Under the pieces are notes generated by a model. That model was given only the letters and a program-made list of their open reading frames with translations, had not been told where the DNA came from and made no database searches. From assembly GCA_951406725.2 (NCBI GenBank), contig OX597821.1, positions 83,080,001-83,144,000 on the forward strand: 64,000 bases of DNA, written 5' to 3'. Each line of letters starts with the position of its first letter. The first letter of the stretch is position 1. The position numbers were made by a program, and so were the translations under genes. The DNA is from Octopus vulgaris (Eukaryota). This document shows, in pieces, positions 30,037 to 43,030 of this stretch.

Positions 30037-30071
<35 letters not shown>
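29841..30071. repeat. Alternating (TAC)n/(CAC)n trinucleotide array
   Basis: Direct reading. Confidence 0.97.
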
Positions 30072-30072
<1 letters not shown>

Positions 30073-30463
30073 GCAGCTGTTTGTTAGGTGTGAATGCGTG
30101 TGTGTGTGCATGCGTGTGCATGTGTGCATGTGTGCACTCATGTTTATGTGTGTGTGCGTGCGTGTGTGTCGGGGGTTAAACAGATTATGCAAAATAGGAT
30201 GAACTTAATCTGCTGTTTCATGGTAATTGCTTTACTAAGTGTGTCTTGTGTTATTTACAATTTCTGCCCCGTCAGAATCATGTGTTGGAGAGCATGTGCT
30301 TACAACTTGACGGCACGTGGTTGCTCTTATACAACAAGTCAGTCTCCCGCCAATAGGCGAACAGTCGTTTTGGCGGGCTGTTACGTCAGACGGCGCCTGT
30401 TGTTCAACAGAATTCTTTTGTATATTGTTGCTTTATTAAGTAAAAGATTTTCTCTCTCTCTCT

Positions 30464-30538
<75 letters not shown>

Positions 30539-30665
30539 TCAATTTCCCTCTCAAGATATCAATCTCACGTGTGAATTAGTCTTAACATGAAATTTTGTAT
30601 CTAAAGTATAGAGTAAATAGTATTTTCAAAAAAAGGTCACTTTTCGACGTTACTGTTGTTGATGT

Positions 30666-30718
<53 letters not shown>

Positions 30719-31085
30719 ATGATGTTGATGGGCTCCAGATTTTCAACTGTGGTCATCCTGCTCTTTATTAAATTCTACTATACTGGATAAATTTTAATTA
30801 CGCGCGCGTGTGTGTATGTGGGTGTATACGTGTGTGTGTGTGTGTGTGCGTGCATATGTGTATGTGTTTATATGTGTGTGTGTTTGACAGAAGAGTGTGA
30901 TTTGAGGGACAGCTGACCCTTATTTCTAACAGGTTGAGAATAGATTAGCAAAACGCCAGTTTTAAATAGTTTGCAGTAAATTATGATCTTTATGTCCTGA
31001 GTTCAAAATCCACCCAGGTATAAAGCTTTTTACCCTTTCGTGCATAACAAAATAAAATATCAAATAAGTAGGGCTAACATTAAAA

Positions 31086-31420
31086 CAGTGTTCTTAACCC
31101 TTTTTTTTTACCTGTGGACCCCTTTGATTCCTATTCTACTCTATGGACATTTGATGCTAAAAAAATCATATCTTTATTATTAAATATTCTTTTATTCTTT
31201 TATTTTTTATCTGTTTCAGTCGTTTTGACTGCGGCCATGCTGGAACATCGCCTTTAGTCGAACAAATCGACCCCCGGACTTATTCTTTGGAAGCCTAGTA
31301 CTTATTCTATCGGTCTCTTTTGCCAAACCGTTAAGTTTCGGGGACGTAAACAAACCAGCATAGGTTGTCAAGCAATGGTGTGGGGACAAATACAGACACA
31401 CAAACATATACATACGTATA

Positions 31421-31485
<65 letters not shown>

Positions 31486-32013
31486 TATAGTTGAGGTTAT
31501 AAGAGATGATGGTGTCATTGAGACCCAAAGGTGTCAGGTAATGTTGAATAAGTGCTATAGACAGACCATAGTTAAGTTCCAGATTCGGTAATTTTGCGAA
31601 TAAAGGGTTCAACGTTGGTTCTATGTCAGCGTGTGTATATAAGAATTTTTTTGCGTAATAAGATAAAAAAAACCAAGGCTGTATTGATATTAGAGCATAT
31701 ATATATATGACAGGCTTCCTTCAGTTTCCGTCTACCAAATCCCCTCATAAGGCTTTGGGTGGCTGATGCTATAGTAGAAGACACTTGCCCAAGGTGCCAC
31801 GCAGTGGAACTGAACCCGGAACCGTGTGGTTGGTAAGCAAGCTACTTACATACCTCCACTCCTGCACCTATTATTAGTTGTGTAAAAAATAAATTGTCGA
31901 AATATTTTTCGTATTGCAGAAGTGTAATCAATTCATTGCACATAAATTATAACAACAAAATCTTATATGGACCCCCACCCAAGGGCTATATGGACCCTTG
32001 TTGTTAACGACTG
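31086..32013 (-). mobile_element. hAT MITE (same family as 14856) split by a SINE B insertion
   Basis: cagtgttcttaacc ... ttgttaacgactg termini; internal aacaaaatcttatatggaccc matches 14895-14910 reversed. Confidence 0.78.
31190..31869 (-). mobile_element. SINE family B with a ~210-bp insert in its microsatellite
   Basis: Tail 31190-31405, head 31710-31869. Confidence 0.92.
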
Positions 32014-32344
32014 TTCAAAAGCTTCCGAAATGGAAATGAAATCATGATGGGCTTCTGTCAAGTATTGAATCGATTTAATAATCCTGCAATGCATTCGGGA
32101 TGTGAATGGAATTACGTATAACGGAATTCAGTCAAATACTGACACTGGCTGGAGTACAAGGGATGCAGGGGGTGCAAGCGTACTCCCTAAAATTTTTGCA
32201 GGGCATTGAAAACACATTGATCATCTTCCTGGAAAAGTTCATCATCAAAACGAACGAGCATAAAAAACATTATTGGACTGATTTTAAATATTACTTTTTT
32301 ATTATTGGATTATCTGTTATAATCGATGTACAAATATAATAACA

Positions 32345-32413
<69 letters not shown>

Positions 32414-32423
32414 CTTATGTTTA

Positions 32424-32635
32424 AGGCGGCAAACTGCCAGATCTGTTAACATGCCAGCTGAAAAGCTTAGCAGCATTTCGTCCGTCTTTACGTTCTGAGT
32501 TCAAACTCCGTCGAGGTCGACCTTGGCTTTTAGACTTTCGGGGTCAATAAAATAAGCACCTGTTGAGTACTGGTATCGATGTAATCGACTTACCCCACCC
32601 TCAAAATTGCTGGCCTTGTGTTAAAATCTGAAATC
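32424..32635 (+). mobile_element. SINE family A (older tail)
   Basis: aaggcggcaaactgccagatctgttaac...aaaattgctggccttgtg. Confidence 0.9.
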
Positions 32636-32853
32636 AGTATTATACATATATTTGTTTTGATAATAAGAGTGAAAAAAAATCGACCTTGTTTGAAAAAAAT
32701 TTGGACCTAAGCAAATTTCATTCCCGCACTTATGAGTATTGGGTCAGCTTAATATTCCAGTAAAGAATTCGAAATGTGAATGGAATTGTGATGGGCTTCT
32801 GTCAAGTACTGGATCAACTTAATATTCCTTTAAAGCTTCCGAGGTGGAATAGA

Positions 32854-32929
32854 ATTGACTCCGTGAGTCAAGATCGATCAATTGACTCTGTGAATCAAAG
32901 TCGATTAATTGACTCTATGAGTCAAGGTC
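32854..32929. repeat. 27-bp tandem repeat x3, each unit palindromic (ttgactc-nnn-gagtcaa)
   Basis: Units start at 32854, 32881 and 32908. Confidence 0.9.
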
Positions 32930-33859
32930 TGAGCATGATATTTTATTGAGGAAAACTAGCAGTTGCCCATGCATGAAATTTATCTCTCTCCATGCCATCG
33001 ATGTTTATACAAAGCAAAGATCACTGAGTTGGACCAATACAGCTTGGCACTAAGTCACTGACAGGGCATAATGAGCCGAAACATATACCGCGTGGAATCT
33101 TTGCAGACCTAAATCAGTTCCTGTAATCCAGTATTCTGGGTTGGCATTTTTTTTTAGCGACTCCGAAGTAGTGGAGTAAATGGCTGTTAGGAACTAAGGG
33201 TAGACCAAAGTCCGAGAGAATGGGGTCGGGGCGTTGGGACTAATCGTTATAAGCCACATCTGTGTGCGGAAACCCTGTCTGAAGTGTGAGGAAACGCTGT
33301 CTTTCTACGGACCCCCACGTATTTCCATCTGGAGGAATAAAGCGGGGGAAAAAAGGCGGGGGAACTTAATGTTAACACCTGCTGGAATTGAACTCAGTTT
33401 GTTGATAGTCGGAAGAAATACCATCTGATGTTCTTTCTAACTCCCTAGCTCACTCAGCCAATTCGGAGCATTACCTGAGGTTAAAAAACATCATGACCAT
33501 TGCCATTTTCTTGTTTTCTTTTTACTTCCTCTTTTTATCTATTTTTTCCCCCCAACAACAGGTCTATTCTGTAATCCTCCTCTTCCTCCGGCAGCAGCTG
33601 CGTGTCTTATCTTTAAACCTTCAACTATCTCAACAAATAATAATAACTCAAGACCAGCGGTAAACAGGCCATTTTTACATCTGCAATTTGTTTATTATCC
33701 GTCCAACGACTAGATTCCATCACGCTACTTCAAACGAGCAACTAAACAAAATGCTATTACACAATCACCTCGGGTAAAAAGTAGGAGCGTCTACGAACTC
33801 GCTAGACATGCTAGAAATAGCAGCCAAATCACTTTCAAAATATATATCTTACCTTTGTA

Positions 33860-33992
33860 GGCGCAGGCAATGGCTGTGTAGTAAAGAAGTTAACTTTGCA
33901 ACCACGTCATTTCGGGTTCAGTCTCGTTGAGCAGCATCTTGGGTGGCATCTTGCGCAGGTCTTTTATTGTAGCACCAGACCGACTAAAGCTC
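33860..33992 (+). mobile_element. SINE family B head fragment
   Basis: ggcgcaggcaatggctgtgtagtaa...cgggttcagtc. Confidence 0.7.
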
Positions 33993-34093
33993 TATCGTTT
34001 AAACATATACATACATACATATATATACATGCATACATACATTCATACATACATACATGCATACATACATACATACATACATACATACATACA

Positions 34094-34141
<48 letters not shown>

Positions 34142-34142
<1 letters not shown>

Positions 34143-34335
34143 TGTTGGCGATTTTTTCCTCCGTCTTCCTTTTCTCTTGAACTTTCCTCTCTCACCTGTT
34201 TCTGAAGAGGAGCTTTGCTCGAAACATAAAACACCCTTTCTTTCTTTCCCTGAGCGTCTTATTAATACTTTGCATCAACGCGCGTCGCGTTGTTGCTTTT
34301 TCATGTGTTTTTTCTCGTTTTTTAAAAATATTTTA
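34142..34335 (+). mobile_element. Penelope-like pseudo-LTR fragment with a minimal hammerhead motif (34197-34233)
   Basis: tgttt-CTGAAGA-g-gagc(ttt)gctc-GAAA-cata-aaaca; flanked by TA-rich repeats. Confidence 0.68.
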
Positions 34336-34401
34336 TATATAAATATGTGTGTGTGTGTATGTATGTATATATGTGTATGCCTTCTTTCATATCTATCTAT
34401 C

Positions 34402-34437
<36 letters not shown>

Positions 34438-34737
34438 TGTATGCATTCATGTATGTATGTATGTATGTATGTATGTATGTATGCATTCATGTATGTATGT
34501 ATGTATGTATGTATGTGTGTGTGTGTATGTATGTATGTATGTATGTATGCATGCATGCATGTATGTATGTATGTATGTATGTATGTTATGTATGTATGTA
34601 TGTATGTATGTATGCATGCATGTATGTATGTATGTATGTATGTATGTTATGTATGTATGTATGCATGTATGTATGTATGTATGTATGTATGTATGCATGC
34701 ATGTATGTATGTATGTATGTATGTATGTATGTATGTA

Positions 34738-34772
<35 letters not shown>

Positions 34773-34808
34773 ATGTATGCATGTATGTATGTATGTATGT
34801 ATGTATGC

Positions 34809-35094
34809 CGTTCGATTCACTTCAACATTTAAGTTTAATTTGTCAAAATATTTTCGTCGCTAAAATCCGCGACCTGTTCACTGACAAGGTCAGATGCAGC
34901 ACGGACTTTGTCAGTGAACAGGTCGCGGATTTTAGCGACGAAAATATTTTGACAAATTAAACTTAAATGTTGAAGTGAATCGAACGACTTTTGTGTGTTT
35001 CTTAAATGACTTATAAACACCTTCCACGCTGCAATTGTTTTCGTTTCAGCACACGATCTCAGATCAAATTACTTGCTATGCGAGTACATCTCCG

Positions 35095-35097
<3 letters not shown>
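34809..35097 (+). mobile_element. Fold-back element: 83-bp arms (34809-34891 / 34904-34986), ~110-bp unique extension and (TA)n tail; probably Penelope-derived
   Basis: One mismatch between arms and a 12-nt loop; hammerhead-like fold inside the arms. Confidence 0.85.
34907..34956 (+). ncRNA. Candidate minimal type-I hammerhead ribozyme, G3-C8 variant
   Basis: Stem I tttgtca/tgacaaa, core GTGAACA, stem II gtcgc/gcgac, GAAA, palindromic aatatt in place of stem III. Confidence 0.55.
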
Positions 35098-35187
<90 letters not shown>

Positions 35188-35197
35188 CATACATATA

Positions 35198-35229
<32 letters not shown>

Positions 35230-35384
35230 AATGAAAGAATGGAGTCGAACAAAGATTTTAACAAAATTCCTTTACTCTCGACACATGTTTCGAAGACGGC
35301 ATACTTTTAATTCCGAAGGAATAAAAGGTGCTAGGATAATTCATTCACCTACTTATATATATATATATATATATTTTTTATATA

Positions 35385-35423
<39 letters not shown>

Positions 35424-35462
35424 TTTGATACTTTGATAGTATCAATATATATACTTTGATAT

Positions 35463-35494
<32 letters not shown>

Positions 35495-35696
35495 GTATGC
35501 ATACACACACACACACAGCTTTCAATTTAACTAATTTGGGATTTCCTTGAAAATGTGTTGACATGTATTTTCGGGAATATCAATTTCAACGATATTTTCT
35601 ATATCTAGATATGTTAAAACAACAGAAACAATTGTCGGCTTTGTAAGGTGAATTCTACAATTAAAGATGTGATTTTTTCCATACGTAATTTTGTTA

Positions 35697-35731
<35 letters not shown>

Positions 35732-36650
35732 GAGTGGGTGGATAAACGAAAGAAGGGCACTCAATCAATTTATTGGGAGTTACATGTATGGATCAAAACA
35801 GTTTGATTCAAACTCGCTGGTACTCTGATTTTCAAGCGCGATGCTAGATGTCAGCCATTTTGAATTTGAATGATAGAAGTTGATTGTTATTACCGTAAGG
35901 TGGGCTGCGATTGGTCGAGGAAGGTCACGTAGTGTCGCGGTTTGAAGTTGGTATATGGGTAACAGTGAGTTGGAAAATACTGCATGGCGAACAGGAAATT
36001 GACCACGTGGAGGACAGAAAATAGACTAGAAGTCGGTCAGGTTGTTTGGGGAAGGGTAGAAGTGAGGATGGACGGCATGTGCAAGTATATAGTTCTATAT
36101 GTGGGTGTGCAGACGTGCTCATATAGTTTTGCGTGCATGTGTATATTGATGCAAGTGTGCACATCTGTACATGGGCGTGCACGCGCACGTCTGCACTCAA
36201 ACACACACACACAGAAGCTTGGAAGAACACTCACACGCATACGCACATATGCACACATACACGCATACACACGCGCATATTCATTCATATGTGCATGTGT
36301 ATATATATTGTATATATTATATATGTATGTGTGTATGTGTGTGTGTGTTTTTGTTTCACCACTGAGGCTTGATAACAGCTGTTGGTTTGTTCATGTCCTC
36401 GTAACTTAACGGTTCGTCAAAAGAGAATGATGGAATAAATGCGATCTTAAAAGGGTGACAAGCAAAGTTCGCCTCGCCGGTTTTTGAACTCAGTGCGCAG
36501 GAAACTTGAGCAAATATCGCGATTGAATCAATTACCCGTTTCGACTATAACTAACGGTATCAACATCAGGTGGTTGACCCTACAACATAACTGATATGTA
36601 AATGAAACAGGCTATTTTTGTACATTTCGTGAGAAACCAGTTAAATTACC

Positions 36651-36729
36651 TTACATTGACAATGCTTTGTATCAGTGCTATATTGCATTACATTGACAAT
36701 GCTTTGTATCAGTGCTATATTGCATTACA
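36651..36729. repeat. Perfect 37-bp tandem duplication
   Basis: ttacattgacaatgctttgtatcagtgctatattgca x2 plus ttaca. Confidence 0.97.
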
Positions 36730-37217
36730 GGTTACGATATATATTTTAGTAAACTGTTTATAAATAACTTGTTTATTTTTATTTTCTATAAACATCTAAA
36801 ATCTATGAATATTTTTCTGTGGAGCAGCGCAGCATTGAAATAAAAAACATTGTAAATGCATCAGTTGTTAATTAATTGAACTGGCTGCAAAGAATGCATG
36901 GTATATGCAAATTAGTCAAAAGAATTTTCTTATATGCTGGGTTTAGAAACAGTTTGTTTGTGGACAGGGAAAGAGGATACTCAGTCGTTCGTTAAATCCC
37001 GATACAGGATTGAAATAGTCCGACTGCCCCTTATTCTTCTGTCTATGAATATACTGTGTATATTGACAGGGTGTTGGTGTTTACATTCGTCTCTTGAATG
37101 CCGGACTGACAAAATCTCTCATTAGGCTCTGTAGTAGAGTATAGTTTAGACATTGAAATACTATATATGTGTGTGTGTGTATGTGTGTGTATGTGAGAGA
37201 GAGAGAGAGAGAGAGAG

Positions 37218-37272
<55 letters not shown>

Positions 37273-37479
37273 GTTCACATGCATCAACACACACATTCAC
37301 GAATGAGTGAACAAATGAAAGAAAGTAGCACTCAACATATTTGGTTGCAGATCCTGCAGTTTCGTAAGAGTAGGAGGCGTCCAACTCATCAGATGTTCGG
37401 AGACATCTAATGAGGTGAACGTGTTCTGCGCTCATCAAACCTTAAGAAATATGGACCTGACTAAAACTGTTAACGTGCG

Positions 37480-37540
<61 letters not shown>

Positions 37541-37559
37541 ACACACACACACTTATATA

Positions 37560-37872
37560 GTAGGCAGAGTTGGCCGAATGAGTACGAGACTCGATTCCAA
37601 GTCTCGATTCCACAGCATGGCAGTGTCATTTTCTATAGCGTCTGGTAACCCGTACATTGTGAATGAAACTGAGCTGCTGGCTCCTCAATAGATTGTACAC
37701 GTAATTCAAAGGGTACAGCCTCGTGGCACACCATGTCCAGCTAGTTTCATCCGTGAATTACGTTAAGGTTACACATATCTGTGAAATGCTCAACCAATTG
37801 CCCTGTTAATTCAATGAGCAGGTAACTCAGTTGATCAAACAACTCAATCCTCGTCATCATGTGACGGAGAAC
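37560..37872 (+). mobile_element. Degraded SINE carrying the family C 3' body
   Basis: gtaattcaaaggg...tacgttaagg...gttaatt...gttgatc matches 62970-63140 reversed. Confidence 0.7.
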
Positions 37873-37889
37873 CATCCATCCACACTCAC

Positions 37890-38185
37890 ACCCTGCGACC
37901 ACAGTCTAGTTGCGCAGCAAGTTCACGGATCATGACTTGTCTGTCCAAGCGAAGCGATTTCTCTACTCGCTGGCAACATGTATCACTGGTCAGAGTTAAT
38001 GTTCTCCCCTCTGAGCGGTTTGTCTTCAATACTGGTTTCTCCCTATATTTAAACATCTTCATCTATGCACAATGTTCGTGTCAATGGTGTAATCTAGAAG
38101 ACAGCCGGTAGCATTCTTTGGACGTTGGACAGCCTTTATCTCGCCATCGTCAAGAACTTATTGACAGTACGTTGCTTCTGCCTGA
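37890..38185 (-). pseudogene. mariner transposase N-terminal relic
   Basis: QKQRTVNKFL...GETSIEDKP...QRVEKSLRLDRQVMIRELAAQL with frameshifts. Confidence 0.72.
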
Positions 38186-38350
38186 GGCAAAAAAGAACAG
38201 GTAGTCGAATCACTATTGAAGCAGAGTTAGTCTAGCTACATATGCAACTTGGATAACCTAAGTCAGTTAATAAAAAAAAGTTATGCCCACTTTTGCATTA
38301 TTTTCGGCACAACACTCATGCGTATGTATGTTCGTGCGTGTATATATATA

Positions 38351-38574
38351 CGAAGGGACGCTGATAAGTTTCTGGCTAAAAGGATATCGCAAAAGGCCTT
38401 GTTGGAGGTCCAACCTTTCGAGTTCTTTTACATGGCTTAGAAAAAACTGAAGGACCGTTGCAATAAGTGTGTGAATCTGAGAGGAGAATATGTTGAATAA
38501 AACCATAATTAATTGAACCTCCTGTATTTTCTTTTACTCAAAGACAGGAACTTTTCAGCACCCCTTATCCTTCG
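38351..38574 (+). mobile_element. mariner deletion derivative (MITE)
   Basis: TA|cgaagggacgctgataagtttctggct ... agacaggaacttttcagcacccc..ttcg|TA; retains the transposase end LKDRCNKCVNLRGEYVE*. Confidence 0.9.
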
Positions 38575-38744
38575 TATGTATGTATGTATGTATGTATGTA
38601 TGTATGTATGTATGCATGTATGTATGTATGTATGTATGTATGTATATGTATGTATGTGTGTGTGTATGTATGTATGCATGTATGTATGTATGTATGTATG
38701 TATGTATGTATGTATGTATGTATGTATGTATGTATGCATCATAT

Positions 38745-39054
38745 TCTTTTTACCTGCTTCAATCATTAAATTGCGGCCATTGCTGGGGCACTCACTTTAA
38801 GAATTTTAGTTGAATTGATCGACCCAGTAGGCCTGATAATCATTCTGTCAGTTTCTTTTGTCGAACTGCTAGCCTGTGAGGATGTAAACACACCAACAGC
38901 AGTTTTCAAGTGATGGTGGGGAACAAACACAAACAGAAAGACAAACGCACATAGTTATACACACACGCACACACAAACATACATACATACATACACACAC
39001 ATGCACATATACATACACACAGACACATATATACGTACATGTATGTATATGTGT

Positions 39055-39129
<75 letters not shown>

Positions 39130-39275
39130 AACAGGCTTCTGTCTGTATCCGTCTACCAAATCCACTCACAAGGCTTTGGCTGAATCGAGTAGAAGACACT
39201 TGCCCAAAGTGCCGCGCAGTGTGACTGAACCCAGAACCATGTGGTTGGGAAGCACGCTTTATTACCACAGCGACA
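38745..39275 (-). mobile_element. SINE family B
   Basis: ccgtctaccaaatccactcacaaggc...gaacccagaaccatgtgg; internal CA/TG repeat. Confidence 0.88.
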
Positions 39276-39276
39276 C

Positions 39277-39431
<155 letters not shown>

Positions 39432-39589
39432 CGCGTGTTTAAGTGCGCGCGTGTATGTGTGTTGATCGACCCTGAAAGACAAAATTGACCTAAATGCGAT
39501 TTGAACTTTGAATGCAGAAAACCGTAACAAATACCACAGAACGTGTTAATGACTTCCAATTCATCGACTCGACACACATCTGGCTATAC

Positions 39590-40410
39590 AATATATACAT
39601 GCATACACACATACATACACACATACATACATACACACATACATACATGCATACACACATACATACATACAAACATACATACATACACACATACATACAT
39701 ACATACATACCTACATACATACATACATACATACACACACACACGTACATACACACATACATACATACACACACACATACATACATACATACATACACAC
39801 ATACATACATACATAAATACATACATACATACATACACACATACATACATATACACGTACATACATAAATACATACATACATACATACACACATACATAC
39901 ACACGTACATACACACGTACATACATACATACATACATACATACATACATACATACATACACACGTACATACACACGTACATACATACATACATACATAC
40001 ATACATACATACACACGTACATAACATACATACATACATACACACATACATACATACATACATGCATACATACATACATACATACATACACACACATACA
40101 TACACACATACATACATACATACATACATACGTACATACATACATACATACATACATACATACATACATACACACATACATACACACGTACATACATACA
40201 TGTGTGTGTGCATGCTTGTAAATACATTCATGTATATGCACACATACATACATACGTACGTACATACAGACATACATACATATACACTTACATACACATA
40301 CATACATACATACATACATACATACATACATACATACATACATACATACATACATACATACATACATACATACGTACATACATACATACATCCGTGCATG
40401 CATACACATA
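39590..40410. repeat. ~800-bp degenerate (TACA)n array
   Basis: Direct reading. Confidence 0.97.
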
Positions 40411-40841
40411 TCATAACGTTTGTTAACCTTACTAAATCGGTGTCAACATCAGGTTGTTGACCCTGCTTATACTATTGATATATAAATTAGACAGACGACT
40501 CATATTCGTGTCGTTAGAGATTCAGATCCAATTCCTATTTTAATTTCGTTGCATCAGGAACGTGTCGTTGTTTAACCCCAGGATTTTATTGCCTGAACGG
40601 GCCTAAGGAAACAGGCGTTCCAGCCATAGTCTCAACGTTGCATATCAAGAACTATATTACCCAACGTGCATTTCCCTTTACTTGACGTTCGGGTGCAACT
40701 TGAGAGAGATTTGGTTATGTCTAGTAGGTCTAGCAACCACGTAAATGTTCCCTTGTTTGTTCAGTTATAAACGTACACTTGCAATTGTTAAGTTGTCAGC
40801 CTACGGACAGGTCCGTTTCTATCACCTATATTACTTCTATT

Positions 40842-41154
40842 CTTCTTCTTCGCCCTTTTCAAGCCTAGCCAGGGTCATGGGCCCGGTTTCCCGGTTTCTA
40901 TAGGTATGTGTTCCCCCCAGCTGGACGGGATGCCAGTCCATCGCAGCGTTATTCAAGAAACAGGAAGAGAGAGTGAGAGAAAGTTGTGGCGAAAGAGTAC
41001 AACAGGGGTCGCCACCCCACCCCCTGCCGGAGCCTCGTGGAGCTTTTAGGTGTTTTCGCTCAATAAACACACATAACGCCCGGTCTGGGAATCGAAACTG
41101 CGATCCTCCTACCGCGAGCCCGCTGCCCTAACCACTGGGCCATTGCGCCTCCAC
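40842..41154 (-). mobile_element. tRNA-derived V-domain-type SINE with a 12-bp TSD
   Basis: Head gtggaggcgcaatggcccagtggttagg...tttcgattccc; ctgcgatggactggcatcccgtccag (V-SINE core); (GAA) tail; TSD attacttctatt at 40830-41 and 41155-66. Confidence 0.92.
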
Positions 41155-41186
41155 ATTACTTCTATTACTAGTCATCAAACTTCAAT

Positions 41187-41826
41187 TGGTGACACTACGA
41201 GGTTCCAAAACTCTATAATGTTTTCAAGCAGCCAAAGTGAGTTGATGAATCACCAGTTCTATCAACCGGAAGTAATCCGCTAACTGGATTAGTTGACTCT
41301 AGGCTGACCGTTGGCTGAAGAGGCTCTTCAACCCAGAGTGTGTTGTGTTGTTTTGCCGAAAAAACATCCGTTGAATGAAGATCAATACGCCCACCTTCAC
41401 ATCCACCACGCTGCTCCACATGACTTCGCCGTGACCCTAGCTCGGGGAGTTTTCATCATTGAGGTTAACTCTTTTATATACACCCTACTGGATGGCCGTT
41501 GACTTTTACGAGTTACTCCGCCCTTTGATGGGTTTTGCTTTCCATTCTGCAGGGTATCCTAATCAACATCCTCATCATCCAAGCTCGGTGGGGTTGCCGG
41601 TTTAGTCGCTGGCGATCCGACCATACGACAGATTGTACTGAGTTACATGTTGAGCGACCCGACTACATTAATGTGGCAATGGTAGTGTCAGGAATACATA
41701 TAACTAGACGGAAAATGACAGTGACGTGCAAGGAGATTCTCTGTCCTTTTCTTACAGGCTTATACAGCAGCCCAAAAGTACTGCTCCCATAAAAGCGTCG
41801 CTCGGGGTGGACCCCTCTCCACCACA
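41187..41826 (-). mobile_element. Possible solo LTR
   Basis: GC-richer block with tggtg...ccaccaca termini and a TATA-like tatataaaag on the minus strand; no clean TSD. Confidence 0.35.
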
Positions 41827-41939
41827 TCGTTCCTCAGAGCTACTCTACTGGACAGTGAAGTGGCAAAGGTTTTAGAACGTCGAATAAATGCATTGCAGGA
41901 TATAGTGCCTATACCTTTGCATGCTGGTGCAGATCAGCA

Positions 41940-42122
41940 CTCGGGTTAACCTGACTGCTGCACTTGACTGGTACTAAATTTTATTGACCAGACAAGGTGA
42001 CTTTGGTGGGATTCGGAATCAGAAGCTAAAGAGCCCCAACTTAATAAGAATGAAAAGACTCGGAATAAATACCACCAGGTATTTTGTGTGATGCCCTAAG
42101 GATTATGTCGGTCAACCTCCCT
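41940..42122 (-). mobile_element. SINE family A, degraded
   Basis: cttgactggtactaaattttattgacc...ggattcggaatcagaa. Confidence 0.65.
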
Positions 42123-42325
42123 TAAGTGAAAAGACACCAGGAAGTCACAAATCTTATCCTGCATCTATTAACAACAACAACAACAACAACAACATTTGTA
42201 GCGTTGTTCTATGGACACCCATGAAACCTTTCATCTCCATACAGCAATTTGTCGAGTCCTTAGCTAAGTCTCTTATCTCTCAAATAGCCCCGAATCACTA
42301 CTGGATCTACTCGCTGTCGCAACAT

Positions 42326-43030
42326 TCTTCTTCTTCTTCTTCTTCTTCTTCTTCTTCTTCTTCTTCTTCTTCTTCTTCTTCTTCTTCTTCTTCTTCTTCT
42401 TCTTCTTCTTCTTCTTCTTCTTCTTCTTCTTCTTCTTCTTCTTCTTCTTCTTCTTCTTCTTCTTCTTCTTCTTCTTCTTCTTCTTCTTCTTCTTCTTCTT
42501 CTTCTTCTTCTTCTTCTTCTGCCCATTGGTGCCTTTCAGCAACACATCCAGCAGTCAGTGATCTCCAATTATCTCTGTCCCTGGCCAACCGGTTTGCTTC
42601 TTCCCAAGTGATGTTCTGTCTGTGTTGGTCTTCTTTGAATATACTATGTCATGTCTTCCTTGGCCGGCCTCTTTTTCGCTTACCTTTCAGCGGCATCCAA
42701 CCTATGGCTGTTTTGGCAAGCCTCTCCTCTGGCAATCTTAGTATGTATCCAGCCATTGTCATTAATCGTTCAGTAATCAATTGCATAGGCCTTATTCTTG
42801 CTGCTTGGAGAACGGCTTCATTTGTCACTCTCTCTCTCTCTCGATATGTTATTCTTTGGATCTTTCTGAGGAGCCGCTGATAAAAGACGTCGAGTTGGTG
42901 GGCAATTTTTGCTGTCATCATCCAGGTCTCAGCTGCATAGATCGCTATTGGTAGTATTGTTGTTTTGTATAAACGAATCTTCAGCACTATGCTTATATTA
43001 TTGCTACACCAAAGCATTATCAATACAATA
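42326..43030 (-). mobile_element. RTE-clade LINE 3' end with a long (GAA)n tail (42326-42520)
   Basis: KIRLYKTTILPIAIYAAETW...LDVFYQRLLRKI...VTNEAVL...AGYILRLPEER...GKRKRGRPRKT*...ARDRDNWRSL. Confidence 0.93.

Noticed and set aside
32854-32929. CRISPR-like palindromic repeats
   Set aside because: Only three units, ~10-nt similar spacers, eukaryotic context and no cas genes.
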